Shown: positions 53,346-64,000 of the stretch, piece by piece
How the letters are laid out: every line of letters starts with the position of its first letter
Position numbering within the stretch: position 1 is the first letter of the stretch
NCBI RefSeq assembly: GCF_009914755.1
Contig: NC_060934.1
Direction: 5' to 3' (one strand)
Length of the DNA: 64,000 bases
Source of the DNA: the human T2T-CHM13v2.0 reference genome, Homo sapiens
Made by a program: the position numbers and the translations under genes
Notes under the pieces: model-generated
The model's input: only the letters and a program-made list of their open reading frames with translations
Databases searched by the model: none
Told to the model about the DNA's origin: nothing

Positions 53346-54379
53346 AGTGTTCACTGGGTTCTTTTTAATATAAGATACACTATTTGCCATGCTTACTGTC
53401 GCAAATACAGGGAGAAAGGATGGAGTATGATGATAACCACCCTCCCATTCTTGTTTCCTGTTTTAGACTAAGTACTTCTTAATCCAGCCTTTTTTTGTCC
53501 AAACCTATATGTAACCCAGCTTACAATGGAGCAGCCTTATTGCCAAGATCATTTTTTTCTCACTGATATCATTAAATGCAGTATTTTTCATTGCCTCTCT
53601 GAGGGCCTTTTCATTTCCTCTATGTCTCCAAAATGGTCCCAGAACATTAGCTGGTCCTGACTTCTACTAGGGACACTGAAGGAATTCCTTCTTGTAATGT
53701 TGCTAGTGAAGATTTATTTCTAGTTTCTGAACGGAGGTTAGGTAAATCGACCTCCAACATATCCTTTAGCCACGTGATTCAATGATTCTTGGATTCTATA
53801 ATCTATTGAAGGAATGAGATATGATCCCCTTCCCTCCCCATCTGTCCACCAATAAAATGAAGCTGACAGGGGCCCCAGGGGATCTCACATTTCCTTTCGT
53901 GGAAAATGGAATTCAGGTTTTTGTAGATACTGATCTTTATGACTCTTTTTATGGAGCCTGAAAGGGTCTGACCTATTATTTGGACCAAAATCTCCTGTCA
54001 ACCACCTTGCATTTGATTTACATCTAGCTCAGATATGTGGTGCTGTTGCTTAACCATGCTCTGCTGGGAGAAAGTGAAAATCTGAACTGTAACATGTTAG
54101 AACTGCCTTCTGCTAGACTTGCCAACTACAAGGAAGGCATTCAGGGCCAAGGTGACCATGTATCATCCCAGGTACCACGTCTTTTCATCCCTCTTAGACT
54201 CCCAATCTTGGGTTCTAGGCGAGTCCTAAATGTAACCCACCTCAGCAAGAGTTTTCCCTACAGCGCTCTCCCACTGCCCAGCAGCAATCCAATTTAGAAT
54301 CTCCATGGTGGCTGTGCTCATACTCAGGCCTGACTCAATGCTTGCCTTCTTGCTCACCTACCAAGTGTTGTTTCTTAGG

Positions 54380-54968
54380 CCCCTCAAGTGCCACATATCC
54401 AGAAATGAGCTCTCCATTTTATCTCTAACTTATTCTTCTCAACCTTCCTTCTGATCTCTTTCAAACTATTCTACACATGGCCTCCATAATATTAATTGGG
54501 TAATTCAAATCAGATTATGTCACTCTTCAGCATCAGCTCTTTGGATGGTGTCCCAGGATTTGATCAAATGAGGTTGTTTTTGCTGTTTTTATTCATTTGT
54601 CTCAGTGTCTTTTCCATATTGTCCCTTCTGTCTAGAATGCTGTTCCTGTCTTCTTTACCTGTTTAATTTGTATGAATTGCCTAATGTTCAACTCAGAGCC
54701 TTCCTCAAATCTCTACTCTCAGCTTTTTCCCTTCCTCATTAGATTACATATTGTTCTATTTCTATAATATTCTTTGGATGATTTTATCACTGGATTTACC
54801 ACATTGTGTTGCAACTTTCTTCTTAAGTGTATGTCTCAATTAACTGAGAGTCTTTGAGGGATGAGCAATCTTATATTTATCATGTTGTCCCCAGAGTCCA
54901 GCATGATATTGACACATGAAAGGTCTTGATGAAGGTTAGTTAAATGAATGAATGAATCAGTGAGTGAT
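54380..54968 (+). mobile_element. L2 LINE 3' fragment
   Basis: aaatcagattatgtcactcttc...cccttctgtctagaatgc...ends with L2 tail aaatgaatgaatgaa. Confidence 0.7.
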
Positions 54969-56055
54969 TACCTAACTTGGCACTGCTTTTTCCCTTGTGG
55001 CTCTTCCTTGCCTCCCCCACACTCTGCTGAGTTTCTTTGCAGATGGACCTGGGCCTCATTCAACTCTGTGCTTCCCCACCCCTCTCCCAGCAACGGCACA
55101 CAGTAGCACATCAGCAAATGTCTGCTGAATCAACAAATCAACAAGGCTACTGCTTAGATTCCGTGACTACTGGAGTAAAGGAGACATAAATGAAAGCCGA
55201 GCAACCTTTCCGTGCCTAGTAGAGGGAAGGCAGTAAGATTTTTCCCATGAACCTAATGGTTGGACTCATTCACATTAGATTTGCTATGAAATAGACTCAA
55301 TGCTCTCTTGAAACTTTAATTGGTCCTCCTCAGAAACCATGCAAGCAAGAAGAGAGTGAGTTAAATATTTAATGTTGAAAGAAAAAACCACACCAACCTA
55401 GAATTACGTACTCTGTGAAATCATCCTTCAAAAGTGGATGAGAAATAAAGACTTTCTCGGTGAAATATAAATTTAGGAAATTTGTCTCCAGTAGGCCTGC
55501 CTTGCAAGAAATGTTAAAAGAAGTTCCTTAGAGAAAAGGACAATAATATAGGTTGGAAACTCAGATATACTTAAAGAAGAGTAGTGAAGAAAGAATAAGT
55601 GAAAATAAAATTAAAATGTTATTTTTCTTATTCTCAATTGATCCATCAGATAGCAGTTTATTCAAAATGATAATAGCAAAATTGTACTTGAATATATAGA
55701 TACATATAATATACATGTGTGACAATATATAAGCAAAATAAATGACAGAAATGATACAATGAACAGGAAGGAGGATTTAGAATTATTTTATTATTATAAG
55801 GTACATGCACTACCCATGAAGCAGTATAGTGCTGTTTGAAAGTGGTCTTGCTTAGTTGTAAACATATATTGTAAACTCTAGGTCAACCACTAAAAAGAGT
55901 AAAAAAAAAATATATTGCAACTGATATGCTAAGAGAGGTAAGAAAATGGAATCATATAAAATGCCCAATTAAAGCCACAAAGGCAAAAAAAAAAAAAAAG
56001 GGAGTAAAAGAAGAAACAGGAAGAACAAGGGCAACAAATAGAAAAATATGGCAGA

Positions 56056-56056
<1 letters not shown>

Positions 56057-56103
<47 letters not shown>
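56057..56103. repeat. (TTA)n trinucleotide repeat derived from an Alu tail
   Basis: About 15 ATT units. Confidence 0.95.
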
Positions 56104-56381
56104 GTCAGAGTCTCACTCTGTCACCCAGGCTGGAGTGCAGTGGCGCCATTTCAGCTCACTGCAAACTCCACCTTCCGGGTTGAAGCGATTCTCCTGCCTC
56201 AGCCTCCTGAGTGCTGGGATTACAGGCACCCCCACTACACCTGGCTAATTTTTGTATTTTTGGTAGACACAGGGTTTTGCCATGTTGGCCAGGCTGGTCT
56301 CAAACTCCTGACCTCAAGTGATCTATCCACCTCAGTCTCTCAAACTGCTGGGATTACAGGTGTAAGCCACCATGCCCAGCC
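56061..56381 (-). mobile_element. AluS (Sx/Sz-like) SINE
   Basis: Antisense Alu; 18-bp TSD aaaatatgg(c/t)agatatta at 56043-56060 and 56382-56399. Confidence 0.95.
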
Positions 56382-58256
56382 AAAATATGGTAGATATTAA
56401 ACCAACCACATCAATAGTTGCTTTGAATGTCAGTGGTCTAAAGGCATCAAAGAAAAGAGAGATTGTTAGAGTGAATCAAAAAACAAACCCAGCTATAAGC
56501 TGTGTACAGGAACCCACTTTAAATATAAAGATACATATATAGATTAAAAGCAAATGGATGGAAAGAGATTACTGTAGTAACACTAATCAAGCTGGAGTTG
56601 CTGTAATTATTTTAAATAGAGCATACTTCACAGCAAGGAAAGTGTCAGAAATAAAGAGGGGTATTAGATAATAAGAAAGAGGTCAAATCTTCAGGAAGAC
56701 ATAACAATCCTTAAAATGTATGTGCCTAACAACAGACAATCAAAATATGTGAGGCAAAAAACTGATAGAACTGCAAGGAGAAACAGATTAATCTACTATT
56801 ACAGTTGGAGAGTTCAACACCCCTGTATTGGAAATGGACAGATCGAGCAGGCAAATTATCAGTGAAGACAGAGTTGAACTCAACAACACTATCAATTAAC
56901 TGGATGTAATGGATATCTATAGACCACTTCATCCAACAACAGCAGAATACACATTCTTCTCAAGCTCACAAGGAACATTCATTCACAAGAATAGATCATA
57001 CTCTGGGCCATAAAACATACCTTAACAAATTTAAAAGAATGGAAATTATACAATGTCCACTCTCAGACCACAATGGAATTAAACTAGAAGTCAGTAAAGA
57101 TAGCTGGAAAATCCCCCCAAATAATGGCAGATTAAACAACATGCCTTTAAATAACACATGGATCAAAGAAGAAATGTCAACAGAAATTTTAAAATATTTT
57201 TAAGTAAATGAAAATGAAGATAAAACTTAAAAAAATGAAATGCAGTAAAAGCAGTGCTTAGAAATTTACAGTACTCAATGAATACATTAGAAAAGAAGGA
57301 AGAGCTAAAATAAATAAAATAAGCTTCCACCTTGGAAAACTAGTAAAACAAGAACAAATTAAATTGAAAGTAAGCAGAAGAAAATAAATAATAAAAATCA
57401 GAGCAGAAATCCATTAAATTGAAAACAGAAAATCAATAGAGAAAAGCAACAAAATCAAAAGCTGGTTATTTGAAAATATCAATAAAGTTGATAAACCCCT
57501 TGTCAGGTTAACTAAAAAAAATAGATCACAAATTATTAATATCATAAGTAAAACGTAGGAATTTACCTCAGATCCCATAGTCATTAAAAGTAGAATCAAG
57601 GAATACTATGAACAAATCTGTGCTCACGAATGGGATAATCTAGATAAAATGTACCAGTTCCCTGAAAGACACTATCTGCCAAAATTAATACAAGAAGGAA
57701 TAGACAATCTGAATGGACCTATATCTATTAAAGAAATAGATTCAATAATTAATAATATTCCGCAACAGAAAGCACCAGGCCCAGATGGGTTAACTGGTAA
57801 ATTCTACCAATTCAAATTGAGGGCTATAGACTTTCACTAAAATTCATCAATATTACATCAATATATTCTTGTACTCAAGACAGAAATCCTGAATACCAAT
57901 GAACTAAGATAATTATTCATTTGCTTTATCTCACCATGTATGGTGGACACAAGTCTTCAGATAACAGACAGCAACACTACCACAAACAATGTTTCCTAAA
58001 ATCTGTTTAAGATTTTTGTTTGCATCTTTTTGTCCTTAGAGTTTATCCCACTAAAGTTAAATGACTGTGTTTTAAAGTTTTTGAAATAGTTTCTCTATGC
58101 ACAGGTAGGCCACCAGTGCAATACATAGCTAAGTACAGTTGTTTTATTTTGCTTTCACTTTTCAGGGCTTTTTTTTTTCCAAATATAATTTTGTTTTGTA
58201 ATTATGCAAAACATTTACATGGTGTCAAAGGCAAATTTATAAAACCAGAGACTTTC

Positions 58257-58341
58257 TTTTTTTTTACAATTTTACTTTAAGATCTGGGATGCTTGTGTGG
58301 AACGTGCAGGTTTGTTACATAGGTATACACGTGTCATGGTG
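58257..58341 (-). mobile_element. Minimal (85 bp) L1PA7-like 3'-end insertion
   Basis: Poly(T) then tactttaagatctgggat...gtgcaggtttgttacataggtatacacgtg; TSD aaaaccagagactt(t/c)c at 58241-58256 and 58342-58357. Confidence 0.88.
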
Positions 58342-58430
58342 AAAACCAGAGACTTCCAGGCAGGTAGATTTTAACCTTGTCTCCTGCACCTTGTTTCTTC
58401 TCTCCCTCACAGTAAATTGTACTTTTTTTA

Positions 58431-58790
<360 letters not shown>

Positions 58791-59399
58791 CTATTTCTTT
58801 GGGAAATAGTAGCATACTACACGTAATTTTTTAAATTTTCTTTTTCTCTCAACTATCTACCCTGACATTTGCTCTGTAGCAGTATATAGGGGTATTATAT
58901 TTTTTCAACTGCAGAATCTGTGTGAAATATAGTTCATTCAATCAACAAACTACTGATGGATATTTGTGTCTTTTTAAAAACAAGATGCTACAACAAAGAC
59001 CTTTGTGCATACATCTTTTAGAATATTTACTAGAATTTTAGAATTTAGTTTTTGTAATAAATGAGTTTCAAATTTTGTCAAATGCCTTTCTGCATAGTGG
59101 AGATATTTACTGACTTTTTTTTTTCTTAGCTTTGATAGTATGATGGGTTATATAAATGCTTTTCCAACAGTGAATCCATCACATATGTAGACTATATCAT
59201 TATTTGCTACCATGATTTTAAAAAATATGCTATTAGATTCTGTTTGATTTTGTTTTATTTAGGATTTTTGTATCTACATCCATAAGCGAGACTGGTCCGT
59301 GGTTTCCTATTTTGGTTCAACCTTGGTCAGGTTTGGGGATAAATGTTAGACCCATGTTCTAGTTTTAGTTGTCATCCGTAAACTGAGCTCTCACAAATG

Positions 59400-60348
59400 T
59401 TTACCAGACCTCTGCCCCCGCTTCCAGACCCCTCTGTCCAGCCATCTTTTTCACATCCTTCCCCGGATATGTGACAAGCACTTCAAACCCAGCACGTCCA
59501 AAACTGAGCTTGCCCTTCTCCCCACACTTGTTCCTCCACAGTCTCAGCATCTCCTGAAATGTCAACTCCATCATATTAGTTGCCCGGGGCATAAGCCTTG
59601 GAGCTCTCCCTGGCCTTTCCTTAATTCCACAACAGTTCCATTGGCAACTCTTGTCAATTCCACCTGAATGTATCCGGAAGATGATCTCATCACAGCTGTT
59701 GTGCCATTGAATCCTTCCTCACAATCCTCTGTCTCCTCCTCCTTGGATAATTGTGCTCCTCATTTTTCTCTCTGCTTCTGTCCAGACTATTCTCAACACA
59801 GCAGGAGGGTGATCCTTTTTAAATCAAGTTGCATGATGTCTTTTTAAAATTTCAACTCTGCAGTGGCTTCCCAACTGATACACTCACTCTTTGCATTGGC
59901 CTGCAAGGCCCTATGTGACCTGTTCTTTGTCACCTCAAGATCTTTTCCTGGAGGTCTCATATCCACTTACTCAGCTCCAAATGCACTGCCTTACTGCTAC
60001 TGCTCAAACACACCAACTCCTCTGCCCAGAAGGCTCTTTCCTCTTCTATCAACGCAAGCTCTGTTCCTCACACTCTTAAGATGTTTGATCAGATGCTGCT
60101 CTCTCAGTGGGGTCGTCTCCGGCCAATCCTTCCCTTGCAGGGTCATCTCAGGCCAACCCTTCCCTGTCTCCCCTGTTTCATTATTCTCCAGAGCATTTAC
60201 CCTGCAGGGCTGGACTATGGATTGTATTTATTGGTTCATGGTCTGCCTTAGCTCCATGTAGGCAAGGGTGTTCATTTTGTTCACTGCAACATTTCCGGGC
60301 ACCTAGGACAATATTACTTACGGCAGCATTCAGTAAATATTGATTGAA
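59400..60348 (+). mobile_element. L2a LINE 3' portion (about 950 bp)
   Basis: cacttcaaacccagcacgtccaaaactgagc...ttctcaacacagcaggagggtgatcctttt...cattcagtaaatattgattgaa. Confidence 0.8.
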
Positions 60349-60719
60349 CTTGCTTTCCAGGGATTAATCCATGTGAGTCATTATTTCATTTATAATAATT
60401 ATTCAATTAGGTTTGCTAACACTTTAAGAATATTGTTTCTATGCTCATGAGTGGAATCAGTCTATACAATCTCTCCTTATGTGGTTCTTGTTTTGTTGTC
60501 AAAAGGAATTTGAGAAATATTTCCTCTTTATCTACTCTTTTTGAACATTTTGTGTAATATTGGAATTGAAAGTGAAACACTTGGGCCCGGTCTTGCTTCT
60601 CTAGGAAGATTTTTAAATAAAGATATACTTTAAATCTTTCTCTTTTTATGAGTAGTTTAGCAAATATATTTCTCTACAAATGTGTTTTTAATTAAGGTTT
60701 TATATTTATTGACATACTC

Positions 60720-60892
60720 ATATGACTAAATTTAAATTAATTAAAATTAAACAAAAATTAACAACTTAGTTTCTCAGTCACACGAGCCACATTTCAAGTG
60801 TTTGACAGCCACATGTAGTTAGTAGTGACCACATCAGACAACACAAACATAGAAGATTCCTTCATCACAGAAGTTCTACTGGCCAGAACTGG
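60720..60892 (-). mobile_element. MER3 hAT-Charlie MITE
   Basis: aattaattaaaattaaa...ctcagtcacacgagccacatttcaagtg...tcatcacagaagttctactggccagaactg. Confidence 0.85.
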
Positions 60893-60959
60893 CTTATAAT
60901 ATTCTCCCTAGATATTTTCCTAGATGGATCTCTTTTGCCCATAATAACCTAGCACAGAC

Positions 60960-61205
60960 ATCTCCACCTGAGAGACAGTCTTCTGACTACTCAGTTTGAG
61001 GTAGCCCCCATAATCCACAATGACATTACTCTTTTTTATTTTCTTCCTGGCCTCCCACTTTCCGAAAGGATCTTACCTCTGTCTCCCCTTTATTGATATA
61101 TACAATCCATAAGAACAGGGACCTTTCTGACTTGCTCACCAGGAATCTCTGAAGTATAGAACAGTGCCTTGAGGTATTCAAAAAATATATATTAAATGAA
61201 TAAAG
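60960..61205 (+). mobile_element. L2 3' fragment
   Basis: tccataagaacagggacctttctgacttgctcacc...agaacagtgccttg...attaaatgaataa. Confidence 0.6.
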
Positions 61206-61672
61206 TAGATAGAGTAATTGGAAAATCTTCCTAAAGAAACAAACAACACTACGCCCATGTTTTACTTTCAATTCCAGTCTTATACAAAATGTTTACAAAG
61301 AGTACATAAAGAAGAAATACTTCTTAAATTCCTCAAATAAAGTAGATTGAGCAATTGGGAAACTTCATCAATGGCAAACTAAGCTTAAAAAGGTAATAAA
61401 ATGGTACATAATATTATAATATTTTCCATCTCAAGTGTCTCCTCATTTTATTTTTCATTTGTTTTCTTACTCTCTTATTTTTCTCATATTAATCAGTTTC
61501 ATCAAAGGCTTGCTTATTTCATTAGTTTGTTAAAAAACACAATTTTGATTTAATTAATGATACCTATTGTATATTTGCTTTTTCTGTCATTAACATTTGC
61601 TTTTTTGTTATTTATTTTCTTCTGCTGTCTTTGGCTTTATTCTACTGATCTGATGCTAATTTTTAAAAACTT

Positions 61673-61993
61673 GGCCAGGAAGGGTGGCTCACGCCTGTAA
61701 TCCCAGCATTTTGGGAGGCCGAGGCAGGCAGATCACCTGAGGTTGGGAGTTCGAGATCAGCCTGACCAACATGGAGAAACCCCATCTCTACTAAAAATAC
61801 AAAAAATTAGCCAGGCATGGTGGTGCATGCCTGTAATTCCAGCTACTCAGGAGGCTGAGGCAGGAGAATCGCTTGAACTAGGTAAGCGAGGTTGCAGTGA
61901 GCCCAGATCATGCCATTGCACTCCAGCCTGGGCAACAAGAGAGAAACTCTGTCCCAAAAATAAATAAATTAATAAATAAATAATTAATTAAAA
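61673..61993 (+). mobile_element. AluSp-like SINE within old antisense L1M sequence
   Basis: gggagttcgagatcagcctgaccaacatggagaaacccc and gggcaacaagag; (TAAA)n tail. Confidence 0.93.
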
Positions 61994-62429
61994 GCTCAAT
62001 AACATAAGGCTTTTTGGTTTTAATATAAACAATATAATTTATATCTCTTTTGAGGTAATGCTTCGCTGGATAGTATGTTTAGATATGTTATTTTATTTTT
62101 ACTAATTTTCAGTCTTTAAAAAATTTCCATATCTTCTTTGACCCATGAAGCAGTTAAAAGTTTTTTTGGGGGGTGCAGATATTATTTTTCTTACAAAATG
62201 TATGAAGTTGCTTCTGATTGTCCTGCATCAGATGATTTTTTTCTGAAGTTACAAACTCTGGAATTTGCTAGAACTTGCTTTAAAACCTGACACTTGGTCA
62301 ACTTAAATATATGTACATACATGTATATATATATGTATATTTTTCCATGTATGCTTAAGAAAAAATGTTGATTCCATAATCATTGGGTAGAGTGTTCCAT
62401 ACATCCATTGAATATTTAATTGGGAATTT

Positions 62430-62716
62430 ATTATCACTGCTCTCCTAGAAATGAGACTGGGATGACCCTGATAGGAAAAGAAGCAGCAGGCAGGAGGAAG
62501 AGCATCCTCTTTTCCAGCTCTACAGCCTTCCTGAAGCTCCATCTATTGGCAGAGCCCAACAGGAAGCTGCCGGCCAAGGAACAATGCAGTTTCTAAGTCC
62601 CTGCCCCAGCCTTGCAAAGATAGACGGGTGGGTTTATCCGCACCATAAGACAGGGTGAGAAAAAAAAAAAAGAGGGTGGGTTCAGAGCCAAGAGACAATG
62701 TCTCAGTAATTGTCAT
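62430..62716 (-). mobile_element. LTR41-like ERVL LTR fragment carrying a CTCF-like motif
   Basis: ctccatctattggcagagcccaacaggaagctgccggccaagg...ccccagc...gggtgggttcagagccaagagacaat resembles LTR41/LTR41B. Confidence 0.6.
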
Positions 62717-62959
62717 ACTTGCCAAGAAATAAAAATTGTAATTAGCTTATGTGCATCTGAGGTTCCAAAATATTGCTACAGATAGCATCAAGCCATGATA
62801 AATCCATAGTAGTAGGGCCAAATCTCTAATCTGGATTTGTTAAAACAGTGCCTGAAGGAAATGATGGTGTGGTGACTCAATAATTCTTTTGGAAATATTT
62901 TTCTTTTCTCATGTTTTATCTTCCCAAGTATCTCTGTTAGCCTACAACTATCTGAAGTA

Positions 62960-63323
62960 CAGTCATGTGCTACTCAACAACAGGGATCCATTCCGAGAAA
63001 TGTGTCCTTAGATGATTTCTTTGTTGTGTGCACATCACAGAGTGCACTTACACAATCCTAGAGGATAGAAGCTACTACACATGTCAGCTGTAGGGCATAG
63101 CCTATTGCTCCTAGGCTACAACTTGTACAGCCTGTGACTGTACGGAATACTGCAGGCAGTTGTAACACGTGGTAAGTATTTGTGTATCTAAACATACCCA
63201 GACAGAGGAGAGATACAGGAATAGATAGAACAGGAATTTTTCAGTTCCATTATAATCTTATAGGACTACTGTCCTATATGCAGTCTATCATCGAGCTAAA
63301 CGTCATTATGAGCTGCATGACTC
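62960..63323 (+). mobile_element. Tigger3a (MER7A)-like TcMar DNA transposon, both ends present
   Basis: TA-cagtcatgtgc ... gcatgactc-TA terminal inverted repeats with TA target duplication; internal gcctattgctcctaggctaca. Confidence 0.9.
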
Positions 63324-64000
63324 TATTTCACAGTCAGTAATAAAAAACCCTTGATCCAAAAAATATATAGGATTTCCTCAAGAGGGAAGAGTCACCAACA
63401 CAGTGGGTTTGGATTTGTCTGTGGGGTCTGCACCATCCTGTCCACATGGCATTTCTTGGATCTCATTGATGGATGTTACTAATCTCAGGCACTCATGGCT
63501 AATGAACAGAGCCATTGCCACACTTTATGAACTACAACAAGAGATGTTTCCATTATACTCTGTTAGGTGCACTGTGCCAGGCATAAGGAGCGGCAGAGAC
63601 AAAACAGAACCTGCCTTTAGGGGTCCTACAATCAAACAAATGAGACAAGACATGCTCAGCGTTGTCTACAATAGAATAACTTCCATTGCTTTCCAAGGTA
63701 ACATCATATTTCCTTGTTAGTTTGGCCGGAGATTTCCGAGTTACCCAGCTCTCCTGCTGTCTCTGTAGTCAGCTAGTCATCAGATGTAGCTTATTTTCAT
63801 TACAGCATCTTCAGGAAGCCCCAGATATTTTGTTGCCAACCACCCCTTTAGAAAGCCTCATCCACCCAACCCTAGTTCTGTCTTTATTTTCCAGCTCCTT
63901 ACTCCTCAGCAACCCCCGGAACACCACTTTCTGATTAATCTGCATGACTCAGCACTTTCATAATGTTCCTTCTTGCAACAGAAAGCCTCGGGAGCTTTTC

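Larger units (their letters stand above)
55328..57812 (+). mobile_element. L1MC/L1MD-like fragment (ORF1 C-terminus, spacer, ORF2 EN to early RT)
   Basis: cagaaaccatgcaagcaagaagagagtgag...tccttcaaaagtgg; ORF 57649-57840 (KAPGPDGLTGKFYQ) is ORF2p. Confidence 0.8.

Overview
Primate (most likely human) non-coding genomic DNA, intergenic or deep intronic. I find no recognisable cellular protein-coding gene, RNA gene or CRISPR array. Every ORF with identifiable homology is a decayed LINE-1 ORF1/ORF2 fragment or an Alu-derived frame. Most of the window is interspersed repeat: a full-length inactive L1PA8-like element (28685-35182), a twin-primed 5'-inverted L1PA7-like insertion with a 14-bp TSD (13677-15455), a near full-length old L1MB4-like element with six younger insertions (44555-53158), nine Alus (AluY, AluSc, AluSp, AluSx-like), MaLR/ERVL/ERV1 solo LTRs including a three-level nest, DNA-transposon fossils (MER5A, MER1B, MER3, Tigger3a/b), MIR and L2 remnants, and microsatellites. 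The best candidate for function is a repeat-poor island of about 3.7 kb (22.1-25.8 kb). Its core (24.2-24.65 kb) is CpG-retaining and packed with homeodomain, FOX, SOX, MEIS and GATA motifs plus a CTCF-like site, consistent with a developmental enhancer. A second CTCF-like site lies in an LTR41-like element near 62.5 kb. I see no convincing novel multi-gene system. Repeat subfamilies were called from memory of consensus sequences and need RepeatMasker/Dfam confirmation, and the boundaries of old elements are approximate.
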